From the NCBI GenBank assembly GCA_026770705.1, contig JANJGN010000034.1:7068001-7132000 (forward strand): 64,000 nucleotides of DNA, written 5' to 3'. The notes beneath the pieces were generated by a model, which saw nothing but the letters and a program-made list of their open reading frames with translations, searched no databases and had not been told where the DNA came from. This DNA is from Isurus oxyrinchus. Lineage: Eukaryota. The position numbers and the translations under genes were made by a program. Within the stretch, counting starts at the first letter, position 1, and every line of letters starts with the position of its first letter. Shown piece by piece: positions 53,101 through 62,100 of the stretch.

Positions 53101-56100
53101 ATTGGCCTAATTCTGCTATGATTTCTTGTGTTTTTACGTTGTCATGGGGCGAACATCACTATTTGTCCTTTTTCAAACTACACATAGACAGAGTCTATAC
53201 CAGCTCCATTGGATTGAGAATTATGAATACCTGGTTGTAATTACAAGAATCTCAGAGTTTTACTCGTTCATCCAGACTGCTGAACACATTGTTTTCTTTT
53301 GGAGAAAAAGCAGATTAATTGAAGAGTAAATACCTTAATGTCTACCTTTATTTGGATAACAATAACAGGAATGACCAGTCAATGATCAACAGTAAAAGGA
53401 AGAGAGAGTTGTCAACTTTGCTATGGGATGTCTGGTACCGAATTGCAGATCATTTTTTAATGCTCAGTGACATTCTACATCCTGTAACTTTTCTATTGCT
53501 TATATTTCCTTTACCGATTCACAGAAAATGTAAAGAAGGGTAAGTATAAGTATGTTACAGAAACTCAACTTGTAAAGCAAGATAAATAAGTTGCCCTAAA
53601 AATACATCCCTGGCGCAATCGCCCAATATCCCGTCAAGTATCTTGTCTGATGTCAACAATAGAGTTATTTCCCTTTTTTTCACGTCGCTCTGTGACATCC
53701 ACCTCCCAATCTGTGTAACCTTCCACGGCTCAAAAATCCTTTTTAATCCACCTATTTTGCTTCCTTATTTTGCTATTTAGTACTTTCCCAGTCCCCACCT
53801 CTATACGTTTATGACATTCCCTAAAAACTGTGCCTCAGTGTGATCAGCCTTGATACCTTGTATATCTCTCAACTTATTCGTTGTGGTTATGTTACTATTT
53901 TTCCATATCGATGTATGTTTCTGCCTTCTTCGTCGTTGTCTGTTTAGTAAAAGGATATTAACATCTTCAGCCAAATCCGAGGAAGGCTCATATCACATGA
54001 CGGTCACCACGAGACTTTGGAGTCGAATGAACATGAGCGAGGATGTGACATCTTTGAAAAACGTACCTATTTAAGAGAACCTGGAAGGGTGATTAAATAC
54101 ACACCTGATGGGCTTAAATACTCATGTTGTTTCTCTCTGCCTTCCAGAGCTAGGCAGCTGCCAAGATACTATAAAAGCTTTAGGTGAGCCAATCAGTTTT
54201 GATGCCTGCTGAATTTCCCGACTGTTTGTTTTACTCTTAAATCAAGCAAAGCTCTAAGTGTTTCGAAAGCACAACGGAGAAATAAAGATCCTGGAACATC
54301 AATGCGTTTCTTTTAATAGATGGTGAACTTTAAAGCAAAGACAGATTTGTTCTGTATGGGGAGCTAAACTGTCAATCAAACTGTTTTCGTGCAAATCTCG
54401 ATCAGAAGCTTGGCAAGTGACTTTATGGATTATCCATTTTTCAGAATGATTCACGTAGATCATATCATGTATAAAACGTCGCCTGCATTGGAGCACCAGT
54501 TGCTGGAATTCAATTGACAGACTGATGGAGGTTCACGTGTGTATTCAGCTGCATGACTACAATGGAAGTGAATATTTGGTGTGGGTGTATAATCCTCCCT
54601 CTCTACAACATTGAACATTTTGCCTGGCTCCCCAAAATGGAAATTCATTGTGTAGAGCTTGGTTACAGTCATTGTTTTTACCCATATGGTACCGAATCAG
54701 CACTCGCCATCAGAAATCGCCAATTTTAATTGTTTTTGGCTCCAAGGTAAAAAAAAAAACCTGTACCTTTTTCACGGAAATTACGAAAAAAAATAACGGT
54801 TATATGACCTGAGGAATGTAGCTGCATTTATGTTATCTCCATGCTCCATGGTGTGCACTTCCCTCCAATAGTGCCAATGCGAGGTAAAGAGGAGAACTTC
54901 ACTATTTATTCTTCTTTGAGCAATAAGATCGGTAGCAAGGTGCCAGCTCGCAGCGAATAAATGGCTGTTGTCAACTTTGCATGAGCTGTTCCATACAATT
55001 TTCACTCTGTTCAAAATTCTCAAGGAGAGTAGTGTTTGCCCTGCACTGTCGGCCACATGCAGAATAGTTTGAGTTTCAGTGATAACCTTTCCGAGGTGGG
55101 TCATGCAAACGTACATTTTATTATTTATTCTTGATTTGTTTCACAGATAAATTAAAAAAAGGTAAGTGCAAATATGCTCTAGCACGTGACCTCCTAAATG
55201 GATGAAAAAAAAGATGAGGAAAGATGGATTCGCAGTGACTACACTTTGGAATTTAAAGTAACTTTTTAAATTGCCATTAATATATCCAAATCCCTTTGTG
55301 GCCTCGCCCTTCCAAAAATGCCATGAGAATCCTCTGGCCTTACAACTGGCTGCAAGTTCTGTTTTCACACCACGTTAGTTTCAATCAGATCACGCTATTA
55401 CTTCACCATACCAAAGGTGTTTTATGCTTTTGCCATTTGTCCGAAATTTCGGAAGCATGTTTGCTAAACTTTGTGCATCAAACTCTCCTTCCTCCTTTAA
55501 TAACCACATAATTCCTGGGCGGTTTCCAAAGTCCTCCCCTCGTCGTCCCCCTGGAGTCTGGCCAATAATTAAAGTTTTGTTCAAAACATGGTGAAATGCA
55601 GTGAGGTTCCTTACGCCCTCTGGCACTTTGGTTACCAACGAGGCCTGCTAGGAACCTTAGAAATACTCAGCATATGATACTCTAGAAAACATGTCCTCAG
55701 AACAAGCAGGGGAATACAGGGCATTTTAAACAACTCAGTGGCTCTTCTGGCGACTGAAGCAGAAACAAAACTCCAATCGTTTTCGTTTTTTGCCATTGCA
55801 CCAAAGTGTCATTCTCTAAAGACATGCGTGGAAGTTGGTGCGCAATGGTTTTTCCATCCTAAAATTTCGCCCGAACAGGCATCTTTCTTTCCGAGCCCAT
55901 CTACCAGGCCATCAGGTGACCAGCAAATGGTGGAGGGAGCATTGTTGTGTTGTATCCAAACTATCACTTGAAATATGCTTGCACAACTTTTGGTCAATTG
56001 AGAAAGCGAGCAGTTAAAGGTCGCAACACCAAAACGGGGAGGAAGCTCATGATGTGTTATTTGTGTGTGATTCCCACCTTACTGTACGGAATTGCAATAT

Positions 56101-59100
56101 CGAAAACATAGAGGAGGCACCTCAAGGGCATTGGCTGTGAAACAAATTGCATATTACATGGGAGGGCAGACTGGCGAACCCTAGTGTCCACTTACAAGAA
56201 GGCAACATCAGCTTTGGGTTTGTGCTCATGTGCGATCAGTTTCGGCGAATTGGCACATAGTTCGGCTGTCAGGTATCAGGCTCACAAAGCAGATATTGTT
56301 CTCCAGAATTAGCCAGGACAGGTGCACCAGAGGAGGGGAGAGGACGCTCTTAAGGGATGTGCTGAAAAGCAACATGAAGAAAATGAATTATTCACATCGA
56401 CACCTCGGTGGACAACGCTTATGGATTAAGCCAAATGGCACCAGGCCCTATAGGAATGAGCCCTGCACTTTGAGTCCGAACAACTACAAAATGATTAGGA
56501 AAAACAAGAGGGTCCAAAGGAAAACAGCATGACCATAATTAATGAGGCACAGCCTGACTTCCAACAAGGCAACAAATGCCTTGGGTGCATGAAGTCTGCA
56601 TGTCCCGAATCTGCCTCTTCATCCATCTCAGACTCATGGAAGACAATCGTCCTCGCTAGTGAGGCATAGCCAGTAATAACAGTATCTGCAAGCAATTAAT
56701 CACGTGTCCCGATGTGGCCGCATGTTGCATCAGCTCCAGTTTTGTTGAAACTGTCTGCGTGTAAACAAGCTTGGTGTTTTTCTAATGAAGTCACTATATA
56801 CATGCAAATTGTCCTTTCCTGTCAACAGTCTACTTTCAGTCGCTGCCAGCAAGTTTCTGCTGCCAATCTGAGGAAACAGTTGTTCACAGGATTACGACTT
56901 GGGGGTTCTTACAGTACTGTAAACCATGTAGGAGAAAACCCTGTTTCCCGAAGGGGAACTAAACATTTGTAACATAAACAAAGAACACAGCTTGTCATAG
57001 ATCAGTTCCAGAAAAGAAAAAGCCCATCCAGCTCTTCGTGTCGAAGGCCTATCTCTGGGTCAGTATCTCAGATGTTCCCATGCTCCAGACCTTCACCTGC
57101 AGCGCATGCAACTTGCTGGCTATTCAAAGAATCACCCATTATTTATGGGTAGGATAAGTTGGCGCTTCAGGAGGAAGTGAGCGGAAGTACATATGGTAAT
57201 ATGATGCGCAGAAGGTCAACGTATGGAGTGTGTAGAAGGAAATAATCCGATTTGTCAAATACCTTGACCAGTACTGTAAATTCTGTATAGTAAATCGAGA
57301 AGGTGGCGGGTGGGGGAGGGGGGCGGGGGTCGGTGGGCAGAGAGAGGGGGAAACATGCTGAAATTGAAATAACGATGAAACTCTCACATCTCAATAATCT
57401 AGAGATTCTAACGTGCCAAGAGTCTTTAAAGGATGCAGGTGGGAAATATATTTCTTATTTGATTAAAATAGCCGCTGCACAAAATATTCCTGCAATTCAT
57501 AGCCTGCACGTAGAATACAGAAATGCCCATCAGTAATTTTAAATGTACAAATGTAAACTTTGCCTACATCATACGCTTTACCAAGCATAGAAAGAAGCAA
57601 ATCCTCCATCTTGCCTGTTACTGCTATATGAAAGAATTTTAACTCTCTCCATCTCTCTCACTCTCTCTCTCATTACCTGCGTTCCTGAAATCTTTTCACA
57701 CAACCTTGCAAATGATTCTTCTGCACAATAAGGTGTTGTTTCCCTCCAACCCCCTCCACCCCACCCTATGATTTGTCTATGAATAACCTTAAATCTGTGT
57801 TACTTTGTTGCTGGCGGTCTTGGACGTGCGAACCCTTTATTGTTATTTAATTTCTTATGAATGATGGTCTCATTATAAAGGGCATCATTATCATAGAGTC
57901 CATTAACATTTCTGCCATGATCAGAAAAATCTCCACTCCCCTCTGTCGTCTGTATAATTGACGCCCCTGGTACTGTCGAGTAAATCTTCCCTGTGCTCCC
58001 AACACGATTTGTGAATCATTGCAAAGCGTGGTGCTTCGAATTTGAATACAATATCCTAAATTGACGCATATTAAACAACAATCGTGGAGAAGCTGCATTG
58101 AGTGTCGACGTATTGGTTAGATACGCATCTTCAGCAGTGAGTTTTCCGTCAATTCTTGATCACGACTAATGTGTGGCACTTTTAGCTGAGCTGGTTGTCT
58201 GGCTGGGCGTGGAATGGACGGCCGTTGCAATTGGGTCAGTGTCACGCTACAGTGCAGGATCACTATATGCAGCATGATCTACCTTATTTTATTATTGAGG
58301 TATGCACGCAGCAGTATGCTTGACATAGCAACATGTTAAAAATGTAAATCTACCTGCAAACATTTGGCTTCTCATATATAAAATCAAATGTTTCAATGAT
58401 TCCACAATCTTTCTGTTAATGCCATGCCTTGACAGAAGCAAAGCTGGAAGACAAAGAAAAAGGTAGGCAGTTTAAGGGTTCACTGTTTTAAAAAGACAGA
58501 AATTAACGTGTAAGGAACATACCTATGCGTCTTTTGTTCTATGATTAACTTCTCTGAAAGAGCATTTAGCATTATTAACCGGAAGATCGGCTGAATTTGG
58601 TAATGGGCTATATGTGGAGAAAATGTTTCAGTTTGAGGTCCCAGCCAAAGTTGAGAGCCAGAAAGTTCAGAGTTTAACATTAATCCAACCTGACACTCAG
58701 GAGGAAAGTATTGATCTATACAACGACTAGAATTTGGGATTCGCTGCTGCATCATCGTTTGTTGTACGGAATTTTGCAACTTTTTTTTTAAGGCCTAGAA
58801 CACTTATCCACAGTGATCCCACGAAAGTTCATGCGACTTGATTATCATGGAGTAAATGTAATGCCGTCCCCACGAAAATTTTACTTCAGCATTGTCAACC
58901 CCAGATTAATGACCCACGTGAATTTTTAAGCATGTTTACCTCGTGCTTGCAGTCTGGTTTAAAGACTGTGCTACCACAAAATAACGATGCCTTCCTTTGT
59001 AGACATGTTCAGGCTTTGAGTCATGAGTTCATAAGGAGGCATGTTGGTCTCTAAATATCTCCGCTGTGTAACCTCAGTTGGTTTGCTGTCGTTTCAGTGG

Positions 59101-62100
59101 CCATGAGTGATCGAAATGTGTTACGAACTCTAGTGCCCCCTTCCCAGCAGGCAACATAAGCTTTGGGTCTATGCTGATGTGCGATCCGCTTCAGCGAGTT
59201 GGCACATAGTTCAGCTGTCAGGTATCAGGCTCACAATGCAGGTATTCTTCTCCAAGATTAGCCAGGACAGATGAACCGGAGGAGGGTAGAGCAACTCTTA
59301 AGGGATATGCTGAAAAGCAGCAAGAAGAAAATGAATTATTCACATCGACACCTCGGTGGACACCGTTTATGGATTAAGCAAAAAGGCACCAGGCCCTAGA
59401 GGAAGGACCTCAGCAACTTGAGTCCGAACAACTACAAAATGATTAGAAAAAAAAAGAGCGACCAAAGGAAAACAGCATGACCCGAATTAATGATACAAGA
59501 CCTGACATCCAGCAAGGCAACAAATGCCATGGGTGCATGAAATCTACAGGTCCCAAATCAGCCTCTTCATCCATCTCAGGCTCATGGAAGATAATCGTCC
59601 TCGCTAGTGAGGCATAGGCAGTAATAACAGTATCGGGAAGCAATCAATCACATGTTCCGATGTGGCCTCATGTTGCATTAGCTCCAGTTCTGTTGAAACT
59701 GTTTCCGTTAAAACAATTTGGTGTTTTGCTAATAAAGTCACTATATACATGCAAATTGTCTTTCCTTTCAACAGTCTACTTTCAATCTCTACCAGCACGT
59801 TTCTGCTGCCAAACTGAGGAAACAGTTACTCACAGGTTGACGTCTAGGGGATTCTTACAGTACACTTAACCATGTGGTAAAAAACCATGTTTCCCGAAGA
59901 GAAACTAAACATTTGTAACATAATCAAAAATACGGCTTGTCATAGATCGGTTACAGCAAAGAAAGAGGCCATCCGGCTCTTTGTGTCGGAGGTGGATCTC
60001 TGGGTCAGTATCTCGACTGTTCCCATGCTCCAGACCTCCATCTGCAGCGCATGCAACTTGGTGCTATTCAAAGAATTACCCAGCTCCCTATTAATGCCAC
60101 CATTGTCCCTTTGCCGAGCTCATTATTAGGCATTGCATTTTGGAGCCTAATGATGTGTTGCACATTTATTTTTCCCCATGTTCCCTTTGGCTTTCTGTCA
60201 GTTAACATTAAATTAATGTCTTCCGGTTCTTGACCATTCCAGATGGAACAGTCTACTCCTGCCCAACATGTCCAGGCCACGTCGTGAATTTGAAAAGCCC
60301 CATCAAATCTTCTTTCAATCATATTGTATCTATGTACAATCGCTCTAAATTCTCAATTCTTTCCACCTGGAAGAAACAATCATCTCTGGAAACATTCCCA
60401 TGAATGCAAGCTCTACACTCTTTAACACCTTCACTTCTCCCTAAACTATGATGTGCAAAATATGATACAATTCCCTAGTTGAAGTCGAACTAGTGGTTAA
60501 ACAGTTTTACCATAACTTTCTTTCTTTGATGCGTATTCAGCGAATTATGAAGCCAAAGATTTCATCTGGTTTAGTGTTAGCCTTTTCAATCTCCCCTGCA
60601 TCTTGCAACAATTTGAGCTCTTATATTCCCAAAGCCCCAAACGTAGCTTCAATCCCCTTTGGAATGCTACCACAAGTTGTTCATTACCTCTTTCTACCAA
60701 AATGTATCATTTCATGCCTCTGTCCACTAATTTCAACTGCCATTGCTCATCCCATTCCATGAGTCCATCTGCGTCCATTTGACGTATTTCACCATCTTCC
60801 TTGCAATTCATAGCCTTGTAAAATCTGAAAACTTTGAAGGTTTGCCCTGGACGTGCAGGTTTAGGTTCTTGATGCATATTATGTAGATAGATTGGAAGGG
60901 GGAAACTGCGCAATTTTGTTGACACTTCAGTGTGGATTATCCATTTTATGAATTACAGAGCTAAGTGATTGTCAACAAGCTGTAAAAGACCTAGGTAAGA
61001 AAAATATTCCCGGTGTCACTTTAGAATACATGCTTTATTATCTTGAACCATTAAGCAAATACTTTTGTTTTTGTTAAAAAGTGGTCATCAATTCAGGCAC
61101 ACGTTGTTTGGTGATAGGCCCACATTCTCTTCTGTGGATTTCAATAAAATAAAATGTTGGGCTGAAATCAAAACAAGACGACCATCTGATAGTGGGCAGG
61201 ATGAATTTCCGTTGCTCCATATGTCATGATTATTGGCACTTTTTGTCGCAACTCTTACTCAATCCTGCACATTAACAGAATGATGACATTCTTATCTTTA
61301 TCGATTTGCACCAAGTTGGCAATGTGTGCTAACCAATAACAAAAATACGCACACTCGTGAAAAATGCTGTTTAATCCTACAATTTTTGGTTTGTTTATCA
61401 TTCAATCCCGAACAGAAGAAAAACTGACTGCAAAAGAAAAAGGTACCTGACCTGACATATTTGTCTTCAAAACACCAGATATTGATAATGGTTGGTTGCT
61501 TATTTACATGATTTGTTTAGCTTTCGTATGAATGTATTAATTTTCTTTTTAACTGAGCAGATTGCTAGAATGTACCCTAAGGGTTGGCAGCAGAAGAATC
61601 GTATATGTGGGCACCATAGTTTCGAGATAAGAGGGCATATTTTCCGATGCTGTGTCACACAATGTTGGAAGACAGTAAATAACATGTAAACTAATTAAAT
61701 GAATAAGGAATTCAGTTAATGCTCCTTCAAAAATGTAGTGGTAAAAATGAAGTACTCGCTAGTGCAGTGAAGTTAGAAATAAAACGTCTGTGGTGGTTAA
61801 GTATAACAGGGTTGCTGATAGAGTTTATGAAGGAGTTCTTGTGACGCCGTTGTGGAGTCACAAATTTCAGCCAGAAGCTCCGCGTTAAAGTCTCACTTCA
61901 GAACTTGATGTCTGTTGAAGCTGTTTTCGTAAGGTATTGGTTACCAACTTGTAAAACCTTCTAGTGCACCTGGCGGCAGGTGCTAAGAACGGGAGAAATG
62001 CTGGCCAGTCAGACTGCAGAAAGCAACGTCAAATCACTGTCGTATTTTGCCAAGCATAATCATGGCCAAATCCAATGGAAATCCATGTCCACCAACACGC

